Below, piece by piece: positions 27,201 to 33,829 of a DNA stretch of 64,000 nucleotides (positions are counted from its first letter, which is position 1; every line of letters begins with the position of its first letter). The translations under genes were made by a program, and so were the position numbers. Source of the stretch: an uncultured Candidatus Saccharibacteria bacterium (GTDB lineage: Bacteria; Patescibacteriota; Saccharimonadia; Saccharimonadales; JAUPVS01); assembly GCA_964410185.1 (NCBI GenBank), contig CAYPFM010000003.1:18437-82436 (forward strand). Reading direction: 5' to 3'. The notes below the pieces were generated by a model. It made no database searches. It saw nothing but the letters and a program-made list of their open reading frames with translations, and was not told the DNA's origin.

Positions 27201-27871
27201 GCATTGACGTAGTTAAGTGGACCTTGGTCAACGTGCTTGAACTGTTCGCGCATTTGGGTTTCGGTGACGCCAAGCGCCCGCAATAGGGTGGTTACGGGGA
27301 TTTTGCGCTTGCGGTCGATCTTAACAAAGATGGCACCACTGGCAGCGGTCTCAAACTCTAACCATGCACCACGACCAGGGATAACCTTGGCGCCGTACAG
27401 GTTGTGTGTACCATGAGAGTCAGCTGTAAAGAAAACACCAGCTGAACGAATCAACTGGCTAACAACAACGCGCTCGGCACCATTAATAACAAACGTACCA
27501 CGAGTGGTCATCCATGGATAATCACCGAGGTAGATTTCTTGCTCTTTAACTTCGCCCGTTACCTTGTTGGTAAGTTCGACGGTGGCCTTGAGGGGCGCGT
27601 CGTAGCTGACGTTGTTTTCACGAGCTTCGGATTCAGTCATCTTCGGCTTTTCGAAGCGATAATCCTTAAAACGCAAACTTAATTTAGTAGAGGTATAGTC
27701 GTCGATTGGACTAATTTCTGCCAATAACTCGCCCAGACCTTCTTCTACAAACCATTGGAATGATTTGTTCTGGTGATCTACCAGATTAGGAAGTTCTAGT
27801 GAGCTATCGTCATCAGTGAAATATACTCGTTTAGTATTTTTCTGGGGTTCGTGTACAAGACTCTTCGCCAT
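24266..27871 (-). CDS. rpoB: DNA-directed RNA polymerase subunit beta with an acidic C-terminal extension
   Basis: 1201 aa with conserved beta-subunit blocks (GRHGNKGV, SRMNVGQ). About 100 acidic residues follow the ELQGLGLKV motif. Confidence 0.98.
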   Translation of the reverse strand: MAKSLVHEPQKNTKRVYFTDDDSSLELPNLVDHQNKSFQWFVEEGLGELLAEISPIDDYTSTKLSLRFKDYRFEKPKMTESEARENNVSYDAPLKATVELTNKVTGEVKEQEIYLGDYPWMTTRGTFVINGAERVVVSQLIRSAGVFFTADSHGTHNLYGAKVIPGRGAWLEFETAASGAIFVKIDRKRKIPVTTLLRALGVTETQMREQFKHVDQGPLNYVNATLDKDSSRGANDALIEVYRRLRPGDLATVDNARSLLENMFYNFKRFDFSRVGRYKINKRLNIDIPNTTENRVMRLEDLIAIIAEIIRMNNTQEPADDIDSLANRRVKLVGELVQRQFRIGLLRMERNTKDRMSMSEIETVTPAQLINARPVVAAVREFFASSQLSQFMDQINPLSELAHKRRLSSMGPGGLSRERAGFEVRDAHATHYGRICAVETPEGANIGLVLNLAGYARINDYGFIETPYRKVSNAVTPKEAVGRVAAVDLEDKDGKLLVKAGATITAADAKKLEKGGRTTWPVRAQVTNEVVYLDAADEEAAVIANASEPVDENGVFIARRVSARSHLQSGEVDADSITHMDASRKQIIGSSAGLIPFVEKNYVYRSLMGSNQQRQAVPLIRPASPIVGTGLEGVVARNSGQVVLAEADGEVTKSNAKEITVKYKEGTVKYEPMHYIRSNEGTSINQRVVVNSGDKVKKGDVLIEGMSVAAGELALGKDLIAAFMPWHGYNFEDAMIISRRLVEDDTLTSVHIVDYMTEVRETKLGPEIVTRDIPNVSEEALRHLDDDGIVRIGAEVHPGDILVGKITPKGEQELSSEERLLRAIFGEKAKEVRDTSQRMSNGKHGKVVGVKVFSRANGHELKAGVLMQIQVFVAQMRKISVGDKLGGRHGNKGVIARVMPVEDMPFMEDGTPVDIILNPLGVPSRMNVGQLFETHLGMAARALGIKVASPSFNGVPIEKIQDLLEEAGLPRDGKQQLYDGRTGEPYKERTTVGSMYMIKLNHMVTDKIHARSTGPYTMVTQQPLGGKAQNGGQRFGEMEVWALEAYGAANTLQEMLTIKSDDVYGRSKAYESIIKKTEIVGPKVPESFNVLVKELQGLGLKVDLVHSDAVVDAEVVLAENVKDEASHPAEIAVPAPSISDVDISQDLVSDVSDEFVLMDTDADGNVATIAVDENPSDEDDDRTELVGTPADEDVKEEEGEE

Positions 27872-28057
27872 AGAGAACAGTGCTCCTGCCTAAAATTGAT
27901 GATGATTAAATTGGTTTTATTTTTAGATTTTCGTTTCGCGCGCGAAGATCCTAAGATGGGATTTTGATGCTCATGGAGTTTTTTTAACAACCATGGCACG
28001 GCCCACTTACCCTACTTCTACACCCAGTTTGAGGGATAAGCAATTAAATGTCAAGAA

Positions 28058-28807
28058 TTATTTATCAGCACCTGGCAATTGGTTATCGATGGTGGTAAGA
28101 CCCCGGCGTATACCTTTGCGTCGTGGCTCAGGATATGGCAGTATGTCGCGTCGCAGCATACCGATATTGGCCCTGGAGCGAGTCTGGTCAACACGCGGAG
28201 GGGCTGGAAACGGTTGGTCTTGGGTGGTATCAGTAACCTCAAAACCCCTCTTTTCGAGTGCTGAGGCGACATCTGGAAGAAGCTGCGGCCAGGTGTAGGC
28301 GGTCAAGTCGCTATGTCGATCTCGCGTCAACAGATCAGCCATCACCAATGTCGTACCAACGCCCTGGCGACGGAATTCTGGTGCCACGGCAATCTCCCAA
28401 GCCCAGACATAACGCTTGCTTTGCATGTGCCACTTGACCGCTCGTGCCAAGCCACTACCTGAAACATTTTCGGCAGTATAGAAGTAACCAACAATCGTTT
28501 CGCCTGCTTGGGCGGTGACGACGTGCGGGTTGCGATACTCCTGGTTGGCGCGCATTTCGGCACCAACCATGACATTTGGATCGCGGTGAGTTTCGAAAAA
28601 TCGGTGTGGCAACTGCCATTGCGCCATCTCCTCTGGCGTCCGTCGATACTCTTCGGGAATGGTTGGGTCGGTCACTGCGGCGACCATGGTGCTATGTGCC
28701 AAGGCGTATATGCCTCGCCACTCGTCGCGACTGCGTTGTTCGGGAGTCGTAATCCGGTAGGTTAGGTCCTCGGCAGCAACTGCCTGAGCTTCTTGAGGTA
28801 TAAGCAT
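28058..28807 (-). CDS. GNAT-family N-acetyltransferase (substrate unknown)
   Basis: 249 aa containing the acetyl-CoA-binding motif A, IAVAPEFRRQGVGTTLV. The rest of the protein is not recognisable. Confidence 0.65.
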   Translation of the reverse strand: MLIPQEAQAVAAEDLTYRITTPEQRSRDEWRGIYALAHSTMVAAVTDPTIPEEYRRTPEEMAQWQLPHRFFETHRDPNVMVGAEMRANQEYRNPHVVTAQAGETIVGYFYTAENVSGSGLARAVKWHMQSKRYVWAWEIAVAPEFRRQGVGTTLVMADLLTRDRHSDLTAYTWPQLLPDVASALEKRGFEVTDTTQDQPFPAPPRVDQTRSRANIGMLRRDILPYPEPRRKGIRRGLTTIDNQLPGADK

Positions 28808-28846
28808 GCTTTACAGATTACCAAACTTCACCGTTTTAACCATGAG

Positions 28847-29467
28847 CTACTTCTTGGGTTTGGGTGGCGTCATGATGACTTCGTCAACTAAACCGTACTT
28901 TTTGGCTTCGGGTGCGGTCATCCACTTGTCACGTTCCATGTCTTTATGAATCACGTCCAGCTTTTGGCCCGTATTCTTAGCCATGATCTCTTCCAGTAAC
29001 TTCTTAACCCGCAAGCTCTCGCGTAAATCAATCTCTTGATCGGTCACTTTGCCGCGCGTACCACTGCTTGGCTGGTGGATCATAACGCTAGCGTTTGGTA
29101 ACAAGAAGCGCTTCCCTTTGGTGCCAGAACTTAATAGGAAGGCTGCCGCGCTGGCCTGAATACCAATCCCAACGGTCTGGACATCGGCTTTTACGAACTT
29201 CATGGTGTCGTAAATGGCCAAGGCGTCGTAGACGCTACCGCCTGGGCTATTGATATAGAGAAAGATGTCTTTGGTGGGGCTTTCGTTGTCCAAAAATAGG
29301 AGTTGAGCGGTAATAAGGTTGGCGGTATGCGGGTTAACATCCTCGCCCAAAAAGATAATACGGTCTTTTAAAAGTCGCGAATAAATGTCATAGGCTCGCT
29401 CGATACGGCCCTCGGTTTCGATAACAGTTGGGATCAGTGCTGCGTGTGGAGTGTTTGAACTTGTCAT
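28847..29467 (-). CDS. clpP: ATP-dependent Clp protease proteolytic subunit
   Basis: Contains [19 protein letters not shown] and the Ser-His-Asp context ([14 protein letters not shown]). I trimmed to the ATG at 29467 because the promoter -10 (29474-29479) lies inside the longer track ORF. Confidence 0.95.
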   Translation of the reverse strand: MTSSNTPHAALIPTVIETEGRIERAYDIYSRLLKDRIIFLGEDVNPHTANLITAQLLFLDNESPTKDIFLYINSPGGSVYDALAIYDTMKFVKADVQTVGIGIQASAAAFLLSSGTKGKRFLLPNASVMIHQPSSGTRGKVTDQEIDLRESLRVKKLLEEIMAKNTGQKLDVIHKDMERDKWMTAPEAKKYGLVDEVIMTPPKPKK

Positions 29468-29473
29468 ACCCCC

Positions 29474-29511
29474 ATAATATCGAATTGGCAGTCTCAGGTC
29501 AAGAGTGCTAA
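29474..29511 (-). promoter_or_regulatory. clpP promoter overlapped by a CIRCE-like inverted repeat
   Basis: The minus strand reads TTAGCACTC-TTGACCTGA-GACTGCCAA followed by TTCGA-TATTAT-GGGGGT-ATG. The first repeat half matches CIRCE (TTAGCACTC-N9-GAGTGCTAA) at 9/9 and the second at 7/9. The -35 TTGACC lies in the spacer, and -10 TATTAT follows after 17 nt. Confidence 0.65.
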
Positions 29512-29665
29512 CATCAAGTTGTTGGCTGGTGCTTCGGGAATGGTGGAATTTGCCGTTTCTCTTCGAGTACCAGAGCTGGTTGTATCGTGATACTACCGGC
29601 TGGAACGGAGAAGAAAACAGCAAATTACGCCGTTTCTGAAGTGCCAGACAATAACTTGATGTTAG
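29508..29665. repeat. 17-bp inverted repeat (16/17) enclosing 124 nt between orf149 and the clpP promoter
   Basis: CTAACATCAAGTTGTTG (29508-29524) pairs with CAATAACTTGATGTTAG (29649-29665). The 29508 arm overlaps the CIRCE half-site. Confidence 0.6.
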
Positions 29666-29679
29666 GATTCTTGGCCTGG

Positions 29680-29694
29680 GTCAAGAGTGCTAAC
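29680..29694 (-). repeat. third copy of the GTTAGCACTCTTGAC box (orphan CIRCE half-site plus -35)
   Basis: 15-nt exact direct repeat of the boxes at 29498-29512 and 48648-48662. It overlaps the orf149 stop codon. No partner half-site lies at N9. Confidence 0.6.
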
Positions 29695-30139
29695 TTCCAG
29701 CTTGTACATGCTCAGCCGCGTTAGCCGTGGCATGCAAAGCTGATACTACAGAAAGTGGATTAAATTCCACCTCATGGAAGCCACGGGGGCCAGCAACAAG
29801 CCGATCGCGCGAGAGCTCATCATGATTTACGGCATGAGACAAAACTCGTTCACCACGAAGGTATGTAATGTGGCCATCCAGTTCGTCGCGCGAGAAATTC
29901 ACTGTTACGGTCTGCTCAGTAGCTTCATCGAGCAATAACTTCGTAACAACAATCCTGCCACCATCTGAGCCAGTATGAACGTCGAAAGTCCGGGGGTATA
30001 AACTAAATTCCCCATTTTGCCCGTTGAGCTGAACACGGTTAACGTGATGCTCTGACAAAGCCCAAAATGGACTATGGAACGGTTTAATTAGTCGCTTTGC
30101 ACCTGTCAGTTGTGGTTTTGGAAAGGCTAGTTCACTCAT
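29690..30139 (-). CDS. hypothetical protein (orf149) between tig and clpP
   Basis: 149 aa ORF with its own promoter, TTGCGT-N16-TATACT (30169-30174 and 30147-30152). The -10 lies 7 nt before the ATG, suggesting a leaderless start. No recognisable motif. Confidence 0.6.
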   Translation of the reverse strand: MSELAFPKPQLTGAKRLIKPFHSPFWALSEHHVNRVQLNGQNGEFSLYPRTFDVHTGSDGGRIVVTKLLLDEATEQTVTVNFSRDELDGHITYLRGERVLSHAVNHDELSRDRLVAGPRGFHEVEFNPLSVVSALHATANAAEHVQAGS

Positions 30140-30183
30140 ACCTACGAGTATAGCCTGCTATTGCTGGCACGCAAGCATAGGCG

Positions 30184-31467
30184 TTATTTTTTAGTAACGT
30201 AGCCGACGAGTTTGTCGATGGTTTTCTCGCTGAGAATACGCATTGCAATGTCTTGCTGATTCTCTGGCTTATCAAGCTCAGCCTGCATGGCAGGATCTTG
30301 ATATTGGCCTTTGAGCAGTTGGACACGCAGCTGAACTTCTTCGGGTGTCACCCGGATTCCCTCTTTATCAGAAATTTCACTCAATACCAAGCCGGCCTTG
30401 ACGCGGGTCTCGGCGGTAGCGCGGTTGCGCTTGCGGTGCTCTTCTTCGGTCACACCTTCTTCTTTAAGGTGTTCTTCCCAGGTCTGGCCTCTGTACATTA
30501 AGTTTTGGCGCTCTTCGCGCTCAGCGCTGTCGAGCTGCTCTTCTACAAGAGCTTCTGGTACATCGAGCTTACTCTTGCTGGTGATTTGTTCGAGGATTTG
30601 GTTCTGGAAGTCACGGTCGACTGCCTGCTGGCGCTCGGCGGTTAGCTGCGTTTTGATGTCAGCCTTGAGCTCGGCCAAGTTCTTAAACGGACCGACCTTG
30701 CTGGCGAATTCGTCATCGATTTTAGGTAATTCAATAGTTTGCACCTTGTTAACGGTCACCTCAAAAGTAACGGCTTTGCTGGCCAGGGCGGCGACGCCGT
30801 AATCCTTCGGGAAGTTCAAAGTAAAGGTTTTTTCGGCACCAGGCTTGAGGCCAATCAAATTATCTTCAAAACCAGGGATAAAGTTGTTACTACCCAGGAT
30901 GAGCGGATAATCTTTGCCGTCAGCGCCATTAACAGGGTTGCCCTTGTCGTCGGTGCCCTTAAAGTCGATTAAGACTTCGTCACCTGACTTAGCAGCCCGT
31001 TCGACTTCCTTTTTGTCGCCAGCCCGTTCGGCCAAACTTTTTAGAACGTCAGTAATATCAGCAGCGGTAACGGAAACCTTGGGCTGTTCAAGTCGCATCT
31101 TGGTGTAGTCGGGCAACGAGATGTCGCCAATCACGTCAACCTTGACTTCAACTTCTAGCAGGGTGAATGGTACAAACTTCTTAATGCTAACTTCTGGGCG
31201 ACTGACGGGACGAAGCTTCTCTTGCTTGATGGACTCGGCATAAAAGTGGTTAATAGCCTCTTCCATGACTTCGGTCTGAAGCGCGGTTGGGTCAAGGTTC
31301 TTTTCGATGACGGCCTGAGGGGCCTTGCCAGGTCGGAAGCCGGCCACTTTAACGTTCTTGCCAAGTGACTTTACAGCGGCTTGCTTAATGGGGCTTAGGT
31401 CCGCCTCGTGAGCAGTGAAGTTCAAAGCGACTGACGTAGTTGTGAGTTGAGATTTTTTTACATGCAT
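30184..31467 (-). CDS. tig: trigger factor
   Basis: 427 aa with an N-terminal ribosome-binding region (GFRPGKAP), a PPIase-like middle domain and a C-terminal domain. TATAGT lies 8 nt before the ATG. Confidence 0.93.
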   Translation of the reverse strand: MHVKKSQLTTTSVALNFTAHEADLSPIKQAAVKSLGKNVKVAGFRPGKAPQAVIEKNLDPTALQTEVMEEAINHFYAESIKQEKLRPVSRPEVSIKKFVPFTLLEVEVKVDVIGDISLPDYTKMRLEQPKVSVTAADITDVLKSLAERAGDKKEVERAAKSGDEVLIDFKGTDDKGNPVNGADGKDYPLILGSNNFIPGFEDNLIGLKPGAEKTFTLNFPKDYGVAALASKAVTFEVTVNKVQTIELPKIDDEFASKVGPFKNLAELKADIKTQLTAERQQAVDRDFQNQILEQITSKSKLDVPEALVEEQLDSAEREERQNLMYRGQTWEEHLKEEGVTEEEHRKRNRATAETRVKAGLVLSEISDKEGIRVTPEEVQLRVQLLKGQYQDPAMQAELDKPENQQDIAMRILSEKTIDKLVGYVTKK

Positions 31468-31508
31468 AGGTTCCGACTATACCAGAAAGCTCACCTCTTG
31501 GCCACCTC

Positions 31509-31952
31509 TTAGTACAGTCGGGTCACTAAAAGTGCGCCACCAAAAACAAACCAGGCCAGTTCAACCAAAATCAACCACGGACGCTCGGTCTGAATCTTAC
31601 TATGGAATCGAACCAGTGCCGGCCACCGCTGCTTGTCTTTCCCTTTGCGGATAATCAGGTAGTACAGCCACATAAGGTCAGGACTAGCCGCCGCAATACC
31701 ACAAGCCACAATCAGATAGACGTTGGCCGGATGTAGCACGAGGAGCGAAATCAAGATACTGGCCGCAATCGCTGCGTCTGCCGCCAACATTATGAAAAAC
31801 TGCAGGTCATCGTGCTTGGTCCCCGGAATGCCAAAGTGCGGGATTGCATCAAAGACGAAGTGCGACGCAAAAGCTACCGGCAAAGCAAGCCACGGATTGT
31901 GTATGTAGGTTGCTACCAGTGCCCCAGCAATGACGTGATTGGTGGCGGTCAT
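31509..31952 (-). CDS. small His-rich integral membrane protein (possibly YdjM/DUF457-like)
   Basis: 147 aa with 4 predicted helices and conserved-looking His residues. The ATG overlaps the hisS stop (TAATGA). Family assignment is tentative. Confidence 0.5.
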   Translation of the reverse strand: MTATNHVIAGALVATYIHNPWLALPVAFASHFVFDAIPHFGIPGTKHDDLQFFIMLAADAAIAASILISLLVLHPANVYLIVACGIAAASPDLMWLYYLIIRKGKDKQRWPALVRFHSKIQTERPWLILVELAWFVFGGALLVTRLY

Positions 31953-33235
31953 TAGGCTTTGAGTGCTTTTACCAGCTCATCAAGTGTCAGCGTGTCGGTC
32001 TGGCCGGTTTCTAGATCCTTGAGGGTAAAGCTACCATCCTCTAACTCTTTTTCACCCATAAACAGCACTTTGTTGAGGCCTTTTTTGTCGGCCGTTTTGG
32101 TTTGTTTGTCGGGTTTACGTCCGGAGGTATCGACGGCAACCTTGAGGCCGGCTTCACGCAGACTGCGCAAAACTGGTTGTGCGGCCTGATAGACATCGCC
32201 GACTAAAACAACGTACAGGTCAGATTCTGGTTTCAGTACAGGCAGAAGTTGGTGGGTTTCGAGAAAGTTTTGAAGCGTGACATCGCCCGTCGCAAACCCA
32301 ACTGTCGGGATTGGCTCGACACCAAATAGACCGACCAGTCCATCGTAGCGGCCACCGCCATACATTGAACGATTGTTGTCGGGGTGATTATCGAAGACTT
32401 CAAAAACAATGTCGGTATAGTAATCAAAGCCACGCATCAAGGTGATGTCAAAGCCGCAGTTAGTCACGCCCGATTCCGCAAGCATGGCCTCCAGTTTTTT
32501 AAGCTCCGTGACCGACGGGTGCTTCTGAAGAATAGCCGGGAGATCATCGATTGTTTTGGCGTTGAGCAGATCAAGTAACTTATCGGTTGTGGCCTGTTCT
32601 TGGATGATTTCTTGTAGCGCCTCGGCAAACTTATCAGCTTCCATCTTGCGCATACGATCAATTAACTTAGCGGCGTCATGCGCACGAGCCTCGTTCAACT
32701 GCAAAAAGGCGTCAAAAATGTGATTCATGAGTTGGCGGCTGTTGAGCTTGATCTGGTACATATCGCGCTTAGCGCCAAAGGCCTGCATAATCGCATCAGC
32801 CACCAGAATGGTTTCATGCTCGGCTTCGAGACCAGGCACACCAAAAATATCAACGTTGAGCTGCCAGAATTCACGTAGTCGGCCACGCTGTGGGCGCTCG
32901 TAGCGCCAGTTCACCGGCAGACTATACCAGCGCACCGGATAGGCTAGCTCTTGGCGCTTGGCAGCAACCATCCGGCTAACAGTTGGCGTCATCTCCGGAC
33001 GAATAGCAACCTTGCGGTCACCGCGATCAGTAAACGTGTAGGTTTGTTCGTTGACGATTTCTTCACCGGTTTTGGCCAGATACAGGTCGAGTGGTTCGAG
33101 AATGGGCGCGTCGTATTCCTCGTAGCCGAATTGCTCAACAACTTTGCGCATCGTACTGAACATGTAATTTTGGAGTCGCTTATCCTCTGGATAGAAGTCG
33201 CGGGCGCCTTTGTAGGGTTGGGTTGATAGTGCCAT
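31952..33235 (-). CDS. hisS: histidine--tRNA ligase
   Basis: 427 aa with class II motifs (GARDFYPED, RYERPQRGRLREFWQ, GGGRYD). Confidence 0.96.
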   Translation of the reverse strand: MALSTQPYKGARDFYPEDKRLQNYMFSTMRKVVEQFGYEEYDAPILEPLDLYLAKTGEEIVNEQTYTFTDRGDRKVAIRPEMTPTVSRMVAAKRQELAYPVRWYSLPVNWRYERPQRGRLREFWQLNVDIFGVPGLEAEHETILVADAIMQAFGAKRDMYQIKLNSRQLMNHIFDAFLQLNEARAHDAAKLIDRMRKMEADKFAEALQEIIQEQATTDKLLDLLNAKTIDDLPAILQKHPSVTELKKLEAMLAESGVTNCGFDITLMRGFDYYTDIVFEVFDNHPDNNRSMYGGGRYDGLVGLFGVEPIPTVGFATGDVTLQNFLETHQLLPVLKPESDLYVVLVGDVYQAAQPVLRSLREAGLKVAVDTSGRKPDKQTKTADKKGLNKVLFMGEKELEDGSFTLKDLETGQTDTLTLDELVKALKA

Positions 33236-33270
33236 GATTATCTAAAGTATAGCAGAGGTTGGCATTAGCT

Positions 33271-33474
33271 TTACGATAGTTTTAGTTGGGGAAAACGTCG
33301 CTTGCGGCTTAGGTGCTTTTCGACACGCGTTGTCCTCGCTTCCAACCTGTCGAAACGATCATCCACCAGCAAAATCACATCATTCAACAACCTGACAACT
33401 TCATCAATATCATCTTTGGTTGCAAAGATGTCTTTTAGAGCGTTAATGTCATCGGCGGTCAGTGTCATTGCCAT
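33271..33474 (-). CDS. small hypothetical coiled-coil protein (orf67)
   Basis: Sequence starts MAMTLTADDINALKDIF. TACGAT lies 6 nt before the ATG at 33474. The track ORF extends to 33495. Confidence 0.4.
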   Translation of the reverse strand: MAMTLTADDINALKDIFATKDDIDEVVRLLNDVILLVDDRFDRLEARTTRVEKHLSRKRRFPQLKLS

Positions 33475-33538
33475 GACTAAATCGTAGCAAACCACTCAAC
33501 AAAGACTCAAGAATTCTGAAATTGAATTAAGAATTGAG

Positions 33539-33555
33539 TTGGTGGATGAAAGGAC
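33539..33555 (-). repeat. direct partial copy of the tRNA-Leu 3' end
   Basis: TTGGTGGATGAAAGGAC compared with TTGGTGCGGATGAAAGGAC at 33722-33740. The two are identical except for a 2-nt deletion. Confidence 0.6.
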
Positions 33556-33654
33556 TATCGGCTAAAGCCTCCTTCGCTGCGGCGTGCTCGAAGTAAACTT
33601 CTGTGCGCGTCCTCGCTTCGCGACCAATCACGCTCGTGTCTTCGCCTGCGGCAA

Positions 33655-33672
33655 ATCCACCGTGAAGGTTCA
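33655..33672 (+). repeat. inverted partial copy of the tRNA-Leu T-arm region
   Basis: CGTGAAGGTTCA (33661-33672) is the exact reverse complement of 33742-33753 inside the tRNA. The adjacent ATCCACC (33655-33661) is complementary to GGTGGAT (33541-33547). Confidence 0.55.
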
Positions 33673-33722
33673 TTCCCTATTCGACCCAAGAAAAAAGACC
33701 CACTTTAGCGGATCTTTTTTCT

Positions 33723-33806
33723 TGGTGCGGATGAAAGGACTTGAACCTTCACGCCTTTCGGCACTAGTTCCTAAAACTAGCGTGTCTACCATTCCACCAC
33801 ATCCGC
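33723..33806 (-). tRNA. tRNA-Leu (anticodon TAG), class II with a long variable arm and encoded CCA
   Basis: Manual fold: GCGGATG-TG-GTGG-AATGGTAGA-CACG-CTAGT-TTTAGGA-ACTAG-TGCCGAAAGGCGT-GAAGG-TTCAAGT-CCTTT-CATCCGC-A-CCA. Confidence 0.85.
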
Positions 33807-33829
33807 ACGCGGTGATTAACAGGGTTATT

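Noticed and set aside
27934-27945. Perfect 12-bp palindrome TTCGCGCGCGAA in the rpoB upstream region
   Set aside because: It is a single short palindrome with no second copy or obvious partner motif in the window, which is insufficient to call a binding site.
29468-29623. N-terminal 52-codon extension of the clpP ORF (and similar extensions of clpC at 48553-48645, rplC at 12069-12098, rpsJ at 14209-14235 and nusA at 50545-50565)
   Set aside because: The extensions contain the promoter or operator or lack conservation. Internal ATGs match the canonical N-termini and have Shine-Dalgarno or leaderless signals.
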